From: a virus
Lineage: Duplodnaviria; Caudoviricetes
Reading direction: 5' to 3' (one strand)
Length of the DNA stretch: 50,115 nucleotides
IMG/VR virus record: IMGVR_UViG_3300012942_000059
Location: 1-50,115 of that record
Below, piece by piece: positions 26,637-35,140 of this stretch. Below the pieces are notes generated by a model. The model was given only the letters and a program-made list of their open reading frames with translations. It searched no databases and had not been told where the DNA came from. The translations under genes and the position numbers were made by a program. The stretch's first letter is position 1. Every line of letters starts with the position of its first letter.

Positions 26637-27976
26637 CGACCATGACGCCTTTCCCGACGCAATTGTCGGGCGCGGCTTTCCTTGCCGCGAACCGCTATGC
26701 ACTGTTGGCCGACGAGCCGCGTGTCGGGAAGACCGGCACGGCGATCATCGCTGCTGACTACATCATGGCGGCATCAATTCTGGTCATCACGACGGCTTCC
26801 GGTCGCGGCGTCTGGAAAAAAGGCTTCGCGGACTGGTCGGCGTTCGACCGCCGCGTCGCCATTGAAGACCCGACCGCCGATGTCGTCATTGTCGGCTGGC
26901 CGTCGATCGCCAAACCGGCCTTGCTGGCGAAGCTTCTTTCCCGCGAATGGGACGTGCTGATATCGGACGAGGACCACTTCGCCAAAGCTTTCACGGCGAA
27001 GCGCACGCAGGCGCTCTACGGCGAACTTCTGGATGACGGCGCGCATCTGCAGAACATCCGCGCGCTCTACGCCTGCGCGAAAGCTGTGTGGCCGCTAACC
27101 GGCACGCCGATCCCGCATTCACCGGCCGATATGTACCCGCGCCTCCGTGCGCTTGCGCCGGAACGTCTCGCCGCCAATCCCGCAAAGGACTGGCCGGACG
27201 TGACGCGCTACGGCGATTTTCTGCATCGCTATTGCGTCGTCCGGATGAAGAAGATTTCGAACTTCCGTCGAATCCCCGTCGTCATCGGCGGCCGGAACCT
27301 GCCTGAATTGCGTGACCGCGTTGCCGGTTTCATGCTTTTGCGGACCCAGGCAGATGTAGGGATCCGGCCGCCGGTGCACGAATTGCTGCCGCTGCTCATC
27401 TCCGATGCCAAGCGCCGCGAGATCGAACGCGACGTCGATAAGGCCGCGATCATGGCTGCGGCCGACAACGGCAATACCCGCGATCTCGAAATGCACCTTG
27501 GCCCGTTGCGTCGCATCACCGGCCATATCAAGGCCGATCTGGTCGTCGAAGCCGTCAAGGAAGAATTCGACTGCGGTCTCGACAAGATCGTGCTGGCCTA
27601 TTGGCATAAAGACGTCGGCGCCGCACTGCGCGATGGCCTGGCGACGTTCGGCGTGACCGGCATTGACGGCTCGACGCCGGACGCCCGGCGCGGCGAGAAC
27701 GTCGCCGCGTTTTCCCGGCCGGACGGGCCGCGCGTGTTCCTCGCGCAGATCGAGGCCGCCGGCGAGGCGATCGACCTGTCGGCCGCTGCCGTGATGTGGT
27801 TCGTCGAAACCAGCTTCTCGCCCCGTTCGATGAAGCAGATGTCGCTTCGCATCACAAACCATTCGCAGCGGCGGCAAGCCGTTGTGAAAGTCGCCGTTCT
27901 GGAAGGCTCGATCGACGAAGCCTTGCAGGCGTCGCTTATGCGGCTCTGGTCCGCGATACGTGAAGTCCTGAATTAA
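26633..27976 (+). CDS. SNF2-like helicase
   Basis: ADEPRVGKT Walker A, degenerate DEDH box, LTGTP, AGEAIDL. Confidence 0.85.
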   Translation: MTTMTPFPTQLSGAAFLAANRYALLADEPRVGKTGTAIIAADYIMAASILVITTASGRGVWKKGFADWSAFDRRVAIEDPTADVVIVGWPSIAKPALLAKLLSREWDVLISDEDHFAKAFTAKRTQALYGELLDDGAHLQNIRALYACAKAVWPLTGTPIPHSPADMYPRLRALAPERLAANPAKDWPDVTRYGDFLHRYCVVRMKKISNFRRIPVVIGGRNLPELRDRVAGFMLLRTQADVGIRPPVHELLPLLISDAKRREIERDVDKAAIMAAADNGNTRDLEMHLGPLRRITGHIKADLVVEAVKEEFDCGLDKIVLAYWHKDVGAALRDGLATFGVTGIDGSTPDARRGENVAAFSRPDGPRVFLAQIEAAGEAIDLSAAAVMWFVETSFSPRSMKQMSLRITNHSQRRQAVVKVAVLEGSIDEALQASLMRLWSAIREVLN

Positions 27977-27994
27977 CAACCAAAGGAGACGACC

Positions 27995-28663
27995 TTGCCA
28001 ATTGACATTCATATCAGCGCACACCCCGACCACGGCGACCTTTCGCATCAGATCGAAGAAGCGATGGCCGCTGTCGGATTTGTCCGTAATAGCGCGCGAC
28101 AGATCGTAGATCGCACGACCATCGCGAGCGTCCCGGCGTCGAAAGACCCGATCGTCGATGAGAGCGGCGCGGTCGACGGTGCCGCGGACAAGCCGCAGCG
28201 CGAACGCGGCCAGCCCGCGCCGGGCCGGAAGCGCCGCACCAAGGAAGAGATCGCCGAAGACGAGGCGGCCGACAAGGCCGACGCCGAAGCATCCGCCGTC
28301 CACGAAGAAAAGCCGCAGATCAGCACCGGCGAAGAGCGTGTCGGACCGGAAGACGATGCCGAGACCGTGGCGCAGGACACGGCCGACGAGAAAGCCGAGA
28401 GTGACGCCGCCAAGGCCGCTCGCGAGCCGGACAAGAAGCTGACGTTGGACGACGTGCGCAATGCGCTCGGCGGCTACGTCAAAAAGTTCGGTATGGCCGC
28501 CGTGCAGGAAGATGGCCCGAAGGTCATCAGCCTCGTGCTGAAGGACGACGCGAAGGTAAAGGTCTCCGACATTCCGGACGACCAGGCGACCATCCAGCGC
28601 GTCATCGACGGCGTGAACGAGATGATCGCCAAGAACCCCTTCCAGCGCGACAAGGTGGCGTGA
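27995..28663 (+). CDS. Hypothetical acidic protein preceding the DUF2800 gene
   Basis: TTG start with RBS AAAGGAG; PGRKRRTKEEI basic patch; C-terminal helical domain. Confidence 0.7.
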   Translation: MPIDIHISAHPDHGDLSHQIEEAMAAVGFVRNSARQIVDRTTIASVPASKDPIVDESGAVDGAADKPQRERGQPAPGRKRRTKEEIAEDEAADKADAEASAVHEEKPQISTGEERVGPEDDAETVAQDTADEKAESDAAKAAREPDKKLTLDDVRNALGGYVKKFGMAAVQEDGPKVISLVLKDDAKVKVSDIPDDQATIQRVIDGVNEMIAKNPFQRDKVA

Positions 28664-28983
28664 TGGGCGGGTTCCGCACTTTCCTGAGCGGAGGGGCGTC
28701 GCTTGGCGCCCTCTTCGCCGGAATCGTCTCGCGCACCGAAAAGAAGCGCGAGCCGTTCGCCCCGACGAAACGGAAACCGGAGTTTCGGCGCCGTAACGCC
28801 GTCGCATCGGCCAAACGCGCTGCGTCTCGTAGCGCGGCGCACGAGCGGTACGAACGCCAGCTACGCAAGGAACGCGAGATCGGCGTCGATCCTATTTTCT
28901 GGCACGGCGACAGTTCGCGGAAAATGGAAGCGCGACGTTTTTGGCAAAAGCAAAGCCGCGAATGGGACCGCGCTCATGGTTGA
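28660..28983 (+). CDS. Hypothetical basic protein
   Basis: Overlapping start/stop coupling on both sides. Confidence 0.5.
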   Translation: MMGGFRTFLSGGASLGALFAGIVSRTEKKREPFAPTKRKPEFRRRNAVASAKRAASRSAAHERYERQLRKEREIGVDPIFWHGDSSRKMEARRFWQKQSREWDRAHG

Positions 28984-30229
28984 CCACGGCGCACGCGAAC
29001 ACGCCCTGTGGAGTGCGTCAGCGACGGCCAGGAACGTTCATTGTCCTGGCGCGCTGGCGCTCGCCCCGCTCGGCGAAGACAAGCCGAGCCTGTACGCCGA
29101 TACGGGGACCGCCGGCCACCAGATCGCCGAGCGATGCCTGCGGGAAGAACTCGATCCGATCAGCTTTCTAGGATCGGTCGAGAAGACCAAGGCGCACGAC
29201 ATCACAGTCGACGAGGAACTTATTCGTTCCGTCGAAGAGTACGTCGACTATTGCCGGGGCCTGATCGGCCCCTGCACCGAATATTGGCTGGAAGAGCGCT
29301 TCGTGCTCGACAAGCTTAATCCGCCCTTCGATGCCGGCGGCACGGGCGACTTCGTGGCCTACTTCGAAGACGAGAAGCGGCTTGAAATCGTCGATTTCAA
29401 GAACGGCCGCGGCGTTGTCGACGCGGAAGGCAACCCGCAACTTCGCACCTATGCTTTGGGCGCGATGTTGGCGCATCCGGGGCTGGATATCGACCACGTT
29501 ACGGTCACCATCGTCCAGCCTCGCGCAGCCCACAAGGACGGTCGCATCCGTTCCGAGACGATCCACGTCATCGACCTGGCCGAATGGTCGGCCGATCTGG
29601 TCGCGGCCATGAAGCGGTCGAAAGCCGCCATGGACGAATATGACGCGGCGGGCGGCAACACCGTGTTGCTGGACGAGTGGCGCGACAAGTGGCTTCGTCC
29701 GGGCAAGTGTACGTTCTGCCCGGTCGAAGGATCGTGCCCCGCGTTGCGGAAACAGGCGCTCGACGTCGCCGCTGTCTGGTTCGACGACATGTCGGAACCG
29801 CGCATCGGCAATTCGGCCCTCGATACCGACCCGGAAAGCGTCGCGCGGGATCTCGACATGATCCCGATGCTCGAGGACTGGATCAAGGCCAGGCGCGCAC
29901 TGGCGCACACAATGGCCGAGCAGGGCCAGAAACTGCCTTGCCCGGACGGCGAGGAATATTTTCTCGCCGACAAGATCGGCAATCGCAAGTGGACCGACGA
30001 GACGGCCCTTGCGGCGGCCATGCAGACGGCGGGGCTGTCGGACGACGACATCTACGCCGAGCCGAAACTGAAATCCCCCGCCGCACTCGAAAAGGTGCTC
30101 GGGGCGAAACGGAAGGCTCTGATCGAGCCCTTCGTCGAACGTCCTGTGACGGGGACGAACCTCGTTCGCAGCGACAAAACCAGTCGTCCACCGGCAAAAA
30201 CGGTGGCCGCGAAATACTTCCAACCCTGA
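28976..30229 (+). CDS. DUF2800 PD-(D/E)xK (Cas4-like) nuclease
   Basis: SASATAR..CPG, GGTGD..IVDFKNG, NPQLRTYALG, C-terminal CTFC..CP. Confidence 0.85.
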   Translation: MVDHGAREHALWSASATARNVHCPGALALAPLGEDKPSLYADTGTAGHQIAERCLREELDPISFLGSVEKTKAHDITVDEELIRSVEEYVDYCRGLIGPCTEYWLEERFVLDKLNPPFDAGGTGDFVAYFEDEKRLEIVDFKNGRGVVDAEGNPQLRTYALGAMLAHPGLDIDHVTVTIVQPRAAHKDGRIRSETIHVIDLAEWSADLVAAMKRSKAAMDEYDAAGGNTVLLDEWRDKWLRPGKCTFCPVEGSCPALRKQALDVAAVWFDDMSEPRIGNSALDTDPESVARDLDMIPMLEDWIKARRALAHTMAEQGQKLPCPDGEEYFLADKIGNRKWTDETALAAAMQTAGLSDDDIYAEPKLKSPAALEKVLGAKRKALIEPFVERPVTGTNLVRSDKTSRPPAKTVAAKYFQP

Positions 30230-30246
30230 TAAACGGAGAAACGGAC

Positions 30247-30888
30247 GTGGCATCTAAAAAGAGTATGTTTCGCGGAGAACTGTTCCGCACAGACGAAGGC
30301 GTTGTTTCCTACGCTTTCGGCCTCTTCAAATCCCGCACGAAGACGAGTGACGACGGTTCCACGCGCGAATCGTGGGACGCGACGCTTATCTTCCCCGCAT
30401 CGTATCGGCCGAAGTTGGAGGCCGAAATCGCCAAGGTCATCGTCGGCGAATGGGGTGAGAAAGGCATCAAGATGGCGAAGGATGGCCTGATCAAATCGCC
30501 GATTCTCGCCGGCGACGGCAAGGAAGCCCGCAACAAGGAAACCGGCGAGTTGCATCCGGGCATGGGCGCGGACAAGATTTTCATCCGCGTGCAGTCCAAC
30601 AAGGCCCCGGTTGTTCGCTACAAGGATCCGAACATCCCCGCGACGGAGGCGGAAGTCTATTCCGGCTGCCGCGGGTTCGGCGTCATCAACGGCTTCGCCT
30701 GGTACAATGCGAAGAACGGCAACGGCGTCTCCTTCGGCATCGAGTACTTCCAGAAGACCGGCGAGGGCGAGCGTATCGGCGGTAGCGGCGGTGTGAACGC
30801 GGCGGACTGGTTCGAGAAGATCGACGACACCGGCGACGCGCCCGAAGAGACGAAGACCGGCGCCGGAGCCGGTGGCCTTTTCGGCTGA
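30247..30888 (+). CDS. DUF2815 single-stranded DNA-binding protein
   Basis: GTG start with RBS GGAG; VYSGC..NGVSFG motif; acidic tail ending GLFG. Confidence 0.8.
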   Translation: MASKKSMFRGELFRTDEGVVSYAFGLFKSRTKTSDDGSTRESWDATLIFPASYRPKLEAEIAKVIVGEWGEKGIKMAKDGLIKSPILAGDGKEARNKETGELHPGMGADKIFIRVQSNKAPVVRYKDPNIPATEAEVYSGCRGFGVINGFAWYNAKNGNGVSFGIEYFQKTGEGERIGGSGGVNAADWFEKIDDTGDAPEETKTGAGAGGLFG

Positions 30889-30958
30889 CTGTCCGGAATA
30901 GAGCGCGACACGCCGGACAGAGCGCCGGCGTGTCTCCCCGAAACAAGGAACGACGATC

Positions 30959-31261
30959 ATGCCAAAGAAAGAGGCCGGGATCGGCCACAACAGCGACGGC
31001 GTTACGGAAACGTCACAGACCGTCGCGGCGGGTCAGCTCCGCGCCTTCATCGAACGTATCGAGCGGCTCGAGGAAGAGAAGAAGGCCCTGAGCGACGACG
31101 TCCGCGAAATCTACTCGGAAATGAAGGGCGTCGGCTTCGACACCAAGGCCGTCCGCACCATCATTCGTTGGCGCAAGAAGGACGCTGCGGAGCGGCAAGA
31201 AGAGGCGTCCATTCTTGAACTCTACGCCGGGGCGCTCGGCATGGTCGGCGTCTTCGGCTGA
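30959..31261 (+). CDS. GapR-like (DUF2312) DNA-binding protein
   Basis: [38 protein letters not shown]; ends VGVFG. Confidence 0.9.
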   Translation: MPKKEAGIGHNSDGVTETSQTVAAGQLRAFIERIERLEEEKKALSDDVREIYSEMKGVGFDTKAVRTIIRWRKKDAAERQEEASILELYAGALGMVGVFG

Positions 31262-31452
31262 TGGCCCGCTTCGCGCAGACGACCATTCATGCCGAGATCA
31301 CCAGGACGACCGACAAGGCCGTCCTGGTGACGATCGACGGCGAAGATCACTGGATACCGCGCCGCGTCTGTCTTGACGGCGATGCGCTGGAAGTTGGCGA
31401 CGACGATCTTATCGTCGCGGACTGGTGGCTCGAAAAGGAGGGCTTGCTGTGA
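31261..31452 (+). CDS. Hypothetical phage protein
   Basis: TDKAVL..WIP..WWLEKEGL pattern; coupled to neighbours. Confidence 0.7.
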   Translation: MARFAQTTIHAEITRTTDKAVLVTIDGEDHWIPRRVCLDGDALEVGDDDLIVADWWLEKEGLL

Positions 31453-31997
31453 AACACGTAATGCTGGATTTGGAAACGCTCGGCACAATCCCCGGCGCTT
31501 CCGTCATCTCCATCGGAGCGGCCGAATTTGAACTCGACGGTTCGATCGGTCGCACCTTCAGCCAAAACATATCGGCAGCTTCTTGCCGGGAGATCGGTTG
31601 CGTCGAAGATCCCGCAACGCATGACTGGTGGGCCAAGCAGTCGAAAGAGGCGCAGGACCGGTTGACGAAGGGCCGGAAACACGTCGCCGAAGCCGCTGCG
31701 CTCTTTCACGCATGGTTCCAGAAATGCGGTGCCGACTTCGTATGGGGCAACGGCGCGACGTTCGACATCAGCTTGTGGGAGGCCATCTGCCGTAAGCTTG
31801 GCATCTCGGCGCCGTGGAAATTCTGGAACGTCCGCGACATGCGCACAGTGATCCATCTGTTCGATTTCGACGTGCGCGACATGAAACGTTCCGGCGTTCA
31901 CCACGACGCGCTCGACGATGTGAAATTCCAGATCACTTGCGTCAGCGCGGCGCTGAAGAAAGGCCGCGCGGGCGCGGTGGAAAGCGTCTTCGGATGA
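31449..31997 (+). CDS. DEDDh 3'-5' exonuclease
   Basis: MLDLETLG, WGNGATFD, HDALDD motifs; ends ESVFG. Confidence 0.9.
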   Translation: MKHVMLDLETLGTIPGASVISIGAAEFELDGSIGRTFSQNISAASCREIGCVEDPATHDWWAKQSKEAQDRLTKGRKHVAEAAALFHAWFQKCGADFVWGNGATFDISLWEAICRKLGISAPWKFWNVRDMRTVIHLFDFDVRDMKRSGVHHDALDDVKFQITCVSAALKKGRAGAVESVFG

Positions 31998-32224
31998 CGA
32001 TCGACGAAGCCCTGCGCGCCCGCGCCGGCGAGCGAATCAGCGTCACGGTATTCCCGGCTTCGTCGGGCTACCAGGCCAACATCTCGACGGACGGGAAGTC
32101 CTGGCGCGTCGAGATGGGCACCACCGCCGAGACGGCATTGAAAAAGGCGCTCGGCATTTTGCCGGGCGCATCGGGGCCGACGCTTGTCGCGCCCGAACCG
32201 ACATCAGGGAGCGTATTTGAATGA
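31994..32224 (+). CDS. Hypothetical protein
   Basis: ATGA coupling; ends GSVFE. Confidence 0.65.
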   Translation: MTIDEALRARAGERISVTVFPASSGYQANISTDGKSWRVEMGTTAETALKKALGILPGASGPTLVAPEPTSGSVFE

Positions 32225-32514
32225 GCTTCTTTCAAGAGATCGAAGGCGAGGCCGCGGTACTCGTTGAGAACGGGGTTTACCGCCAGACGCCGATCTACAG
32301 CCGGGACGGCTATCTCTACGCCAAGGTCAACGGCGGATTCGTCCGTTTGATGGCCGATGGCGCCACGACCAAGGCCAAGATGCGTCTCGACTTCCTGTCG
32401 TTCGAAAAGCCGCTCTACCGCGACGGCATGGGCCGGCTCTGCACCGTCGAAGTCAAAGGCGGCATGGCGTTGCCGGATGCGACAGCGCAGAAGTTGCTCG
32501 GCTGTACGGAATGA
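32221..32514 (+). CDS. Hypothetical protein
   Basis: ATGA coupling. Confidence 0.65.
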   Translation: MSFFQEIEGEAAVLVENGVYRQTPIYSRDGYLYAKVNGGFVRLMADGATTKAKMRLDFLSFEKPLYRDGMGRLCTVEVKGGMALPDATAQKLLGCTE

Positions 32515-32517
32515 CGC

Positions 32518-33807
32518 ATGACACAGCCAACAGCGTACTACAACGAGATCGATCCATTCGCGGCCGCGTGGCTGCGGGAACTCATCAAAGCCGGCCACAT
32601 CGCGCCGGGCGACGTGGATGAAAGGAGTATCGAGGATGTCAGCCCCGACGACTTGCGAGGCTACCGCCAGTGTCATTTCTTCGCCGGGATCGGTGTCTGG
32701 TCCCACGCGCTCCGCCGAGCCGGATGGCCCGACGATCGCGAAGTCTGGACCGGAAGCTGCCCGTGCCCGCCGTTCTCGGCCGCCGGCAAAGGAAGCGAGT
32801 GTCCTAGCTGCGGCGGAAAAAGCTGTCTCTCGCATCCTATCGTCACAGCCGGATGGATATGTCTCGATTGCGGCGACGAGTGGCGCGGCGACGATCGACA
32901 CCTTCTCCCCGAGTTCATCCGCCTCAAGGGCCAGTGCCGACCTTCAGTCGTCTTTGGAGAGCAGGTTGCGAGCCGCGACGGCCGGCTGTGGCTCTACACT
33001 TTACGCGCTGTCATGGAAGAAGCTGGATATGCCGTCGGGGCCGCCGATCTGTGCGCTGCGGGCATCGGCGCGCCGCACATCCGGCAACGGCTCTTCTTCA
33101 CTGAAGAGCGGTTGGCCGACGCCGGACGCCCAAGCGATGAATGTCTTCGCGGACCCGGAGAAGCATCAGGAGCGCCGCGATCGGCTGAAAGCGAAGCATG
33201 GAAACGGCAATGGAGCGGGACTGCCGATAGGACAGGCGGCGCATCTCGCGGGATGGCCCACTCCGACGGTCGGGAACGCCTCCGGTTCGCAGATGGCGAA
33301 AGACGCCTCATCGACGGGCAAGCGGCCGGACGGTTCGAAGGCTACCGTGAGCCTGCCGCAAGTGGCGATGACGGCGGGATGGCGCAGTCCGAACACCGTG
33401 GATGCGAAGGGCGGGAACCGGCTCGGCGAAGGCCAGGTGCAACTGTGTCATCAATCTCTCTTGGCAGGGTGGCCGACGCCCATGGCCGGATCGCCGGGGA
33501 AACCGGGCCGCTACAATCCGGCGGGGAACAACGACAGCAGCCGGAAAACGGTCGATCTCTGCGCTACCCACGGCCCGGCCCGACTAACGGCATCTGGCGA
33601 GATGCTGACTGGCTCTTCTGCCGGGATGGAAAGTGGCGGCCAGTTGAACCCGGCACATTCCCGCTGGCTCATGGGTCTCCCGCCAGAGTGGGACGACTGC
33701 GCGGTTATGGCAATGCAATCGTTGCCCCGCTCGCGCAAACGTTCATCGAAGCGTTCCTCGACGCCGAAGCCGACGAACGTCTTCGACTGACGGGGGTGTT
33801 CGCATGA
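32518..33807 (+). CDS. C5-cytosine DNA methyltransferase, large (alpha) polypeptide
   Basis: YNEID, FFAGIG (I), GSCPCPPFS (IV), GEQV (VI), PHIRQR (VIII), LRGYGNAIV (X); ends TGVFA. Confidence 0.9.
   Translation: MTQPTAYYNEIDPFAAAWLRELIKAGHIAPGDVDERSIEDVSPDDLRGYRQCHFFAGIGVWSHALRRAGWPDDREVWTGSCPCPPFSAAGKGSECPSCGGKSCLSHPIVTAGWICLDCGDEWRGDDRHLLPEFIRLKGQCRPSVVFGEQVASRDGRLWLYTLRAVMEEAGYAVGAADLCAAGIGAPHIRQRLFFTEERLADAGRPSDECLRGPGEASGAPRSAESEAWKRQWSGTADRTGGASRGMAHSDGRERLRFADGERRLIDGQAAGRFEGYREPAASGDDGGMAQSEHRGCEGREPARRRPGATVSSISLGRVADAHGRIAGETGPLQSGGEQRQQPENGRSLRYPRPGPTNGIWRDADWLFCRDGKWRPVEPGTFPLAHGSPARVGRLRGYGNAIVAPLAQTFIEAFLDAEADERLRLTGVFA
32618..33790 (+). CDS. Nested alternative-frame polypeptide (beta subunit / TRD repeats of the C5 MTase); true start uncertain
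   Basis: Open +1 frame with four GW(P/R)(T/S)P repeats and motif IX-like [16 protein letters not shown]; ends TNVFD. Confidence 0.75.
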   Translation: MKGVSRMSAPTTCEATASVISSPGSVSGPTRSAEPDGPTIAKSGPEAARARRSRPPAKEASVLAAAEKAVSRILSSQPDGYVSIAATSGAATIDTFSPSSSASRASADLQSSLESRLRAATAGCGSTLYALSWKKLDMPSGPPICALRASARRTSGNGSSSLKSGWPTPDAQAMNVFADPEKHQERRDRLKAKHGNGNGAGLPIGQAAHLAGWPTPTVGNASGSQMAKDASSTGKRPDGSKATVSLPQVAMTAGWRSPNTVDAKGGNRLGEGQVQLCHQSLLAGWPTPMAGSPGKPGRYNPAGNNDSSRKTVDLCATHGPARLTASGEMLTGSSAGMESGGQLNPAHSRWLMGLPPEWDDCAVMAMQSLPRSRKRSSKRSSTPKPTNVFD

Positions 33808-34112
33808 CAAAAGTCGTCATCACGGACCACGCGCTGATCCGGTGGCTCGAGCGCGCCCGCGGCTTCGATCTTGAAATCTTCCGCGACGCCCTGGCCGAGA
33901 TTGCGCAGCCCTACGCCGATATCCGCGTCAAACAGGCCGAGATCGGCGGGCTGTGGTTCATCTTTCACGAAGACCGGCTGGTCACCGTCACGCCAGAGAA
34001 GCCGCGCCGCGCGCAAATGCTTCGTCATGATCGGGAATATTCGAACGGCACGGACGCGCCGCGCGAACGGGCGTCGTGGCAAATGAAGAAACGGCGGAAG
34101 GCGCATAAATGA
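33804..34112 (+). CDS. Hypothetical phage protein
   Basis: ITDHALIRWLER motif; coupled on both sides. Confidence 0.7.
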   Translation: MTKVVITDHALIRWLERARGFDLEIFRDALAEIAQPYADIRVKQAEIGGLWFIFHEDRLVTVTPEKPRRAQMLRHDREYSNGTDAPRERASWQMKKRRKAHK

Positions 34113-35140
34113 TTGAGATCATCCACGGCGATTGCCTCGCCGCGCTGGAATTGCTGCCGTCCGAAAGCGTCCACTGCATCGTCACGTCGCCGCCTTATTG
34201 GGGCCTTCGCGACTATGGCGTCGACGGCCAGATCGGCCTCGAACAATCGCTTGGCGAGCATATCGATCGGCTTGTAGAAGTGTTCGGCGAGGCCCGACGC
34301 GTTCTTCGAAAAGACGGAACGCTATGGCTCAACTACGGCGATGCCTACGCCAGCGCGCCGAACGGGCGTTCCGCCGCCGACACAAAAACACTCGGCAACG
34401 ATGATCGAACTTTCCGCGACAAACCGATCTCGACCGTCGGCCCCGTTCGCAAGTCATTCCGGCGAGACGGCGGTGCAGTCTTGCCAGTGATCCGCGCAGC
34501 AACGCCGGAACTGAAGGCGAAAGACCGCATGATGCTGCCCGCGCGTGTTGCGATCGCGCTGCAGGAATCTGGCTGGTGGATCCGCGACGAGATCATATGG
34601 CACAAGCCCAACCCGATGCCGATCAGCGTTCGCGACCGTACCACACCCGCGCACGAAATGCTGTATTTGTTGTCGAAGTCGGCTCGGTATTACTACGATC
34701 AAGAGGCGATCAAGGAGCCGATCGCCGCAGCGTCGAGAAAGCGGTACGCGCAGGAAACTCTGAATTCACAGACAGGCGGGTTTAAGCAGGAACAGTACGA
34801 AAGCGGCATCACCGGGCAGCGCGCCCGTTCCCGCCGGCCGGCGGAAATACTTAAAACGCTCGCAGGGCAGGAGAAACGCAACAGGCGCAGCGTCTGGACG
34901 ATTGGAACGAAGCCGTTCGCCGACGCCCACTTCGCCACCTTCCCGCCCGATCTTATACGGCCCTGTATCCTGGCCGGGTGCCCTGAAGGCGGTATCGTGC
35001 TCGACCCGTTCTTCGGCGCCGGCACGACCGGTCTTGTCGCTCGCGAACTAGGCCGACGCTGCATCGGGATCGAATTGAACCCTGCTTATATCGAGATCGC
35101 GAAAAAGCGTCTCGGCCTCGCCTACGGGGTGTTCGCATGA
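34109..35140 (+). CDS. DNA amino-methyltransferase (N6_N4 family, SPPY, likely m4C)
   Basis: VTSPPYW, HFATFP, VLDPFFGAGTT motifs; ends YGVFA. Confidence 0.92.
   Translation: MIEIIHGDCLAALELLPSESVHCIVTSPPYWGLRDYGVDGQIGLEQSLGEHIDRLVEVFGEARRVLRKDGTLWLNYGDAYASAPNGRSAADTKTLGNDDRTFRDKPISTVGPVRKSFRRDGGAVLPVIRAATPELKAKDRMMLPARVAIALQESGWWIRDEIIWHKPNPMPISVRDRTTPAHEMLYLLSKSARYYYDQEAIKEPIAAASRKRYAQETLNSQTGGFKQEQYESGITGQRARSRRPAEILKTLAGQEKRNRRSVWTIGTKPFADAHFATFPPDLIRPCILAGCPEGGIVLDPFFGAGTTGLVARELGRRCIGIELNPAYIEIAKKRLGLAYGVFA

Noticed and set aside
28976-30229. CRISPR-associated Cas4
   Set aside because: The DUF2800-DUF2815-PolA-SNF2 context is a standard phage replication/recombination module; no array or other cas genes.
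32518-33807. Sequencing frameshift or pseudogene in the C5 MTase
   Set aside because: Both frames are uninterrupted and motif X lies in the original frame, which fits a two-polypeptide arrangement rather than an error.
24969-35140. VF tag as a mere by-product of SD/ATGA translational coupling (e.g. GGGGTGTTCGCATGA)
   Set aside because: It may contribute at some junctions, but the tag also ends genes with no overlapping downstream start (primase, TerS, HNH, 38585, nested MTase frame) and uses varied codons.
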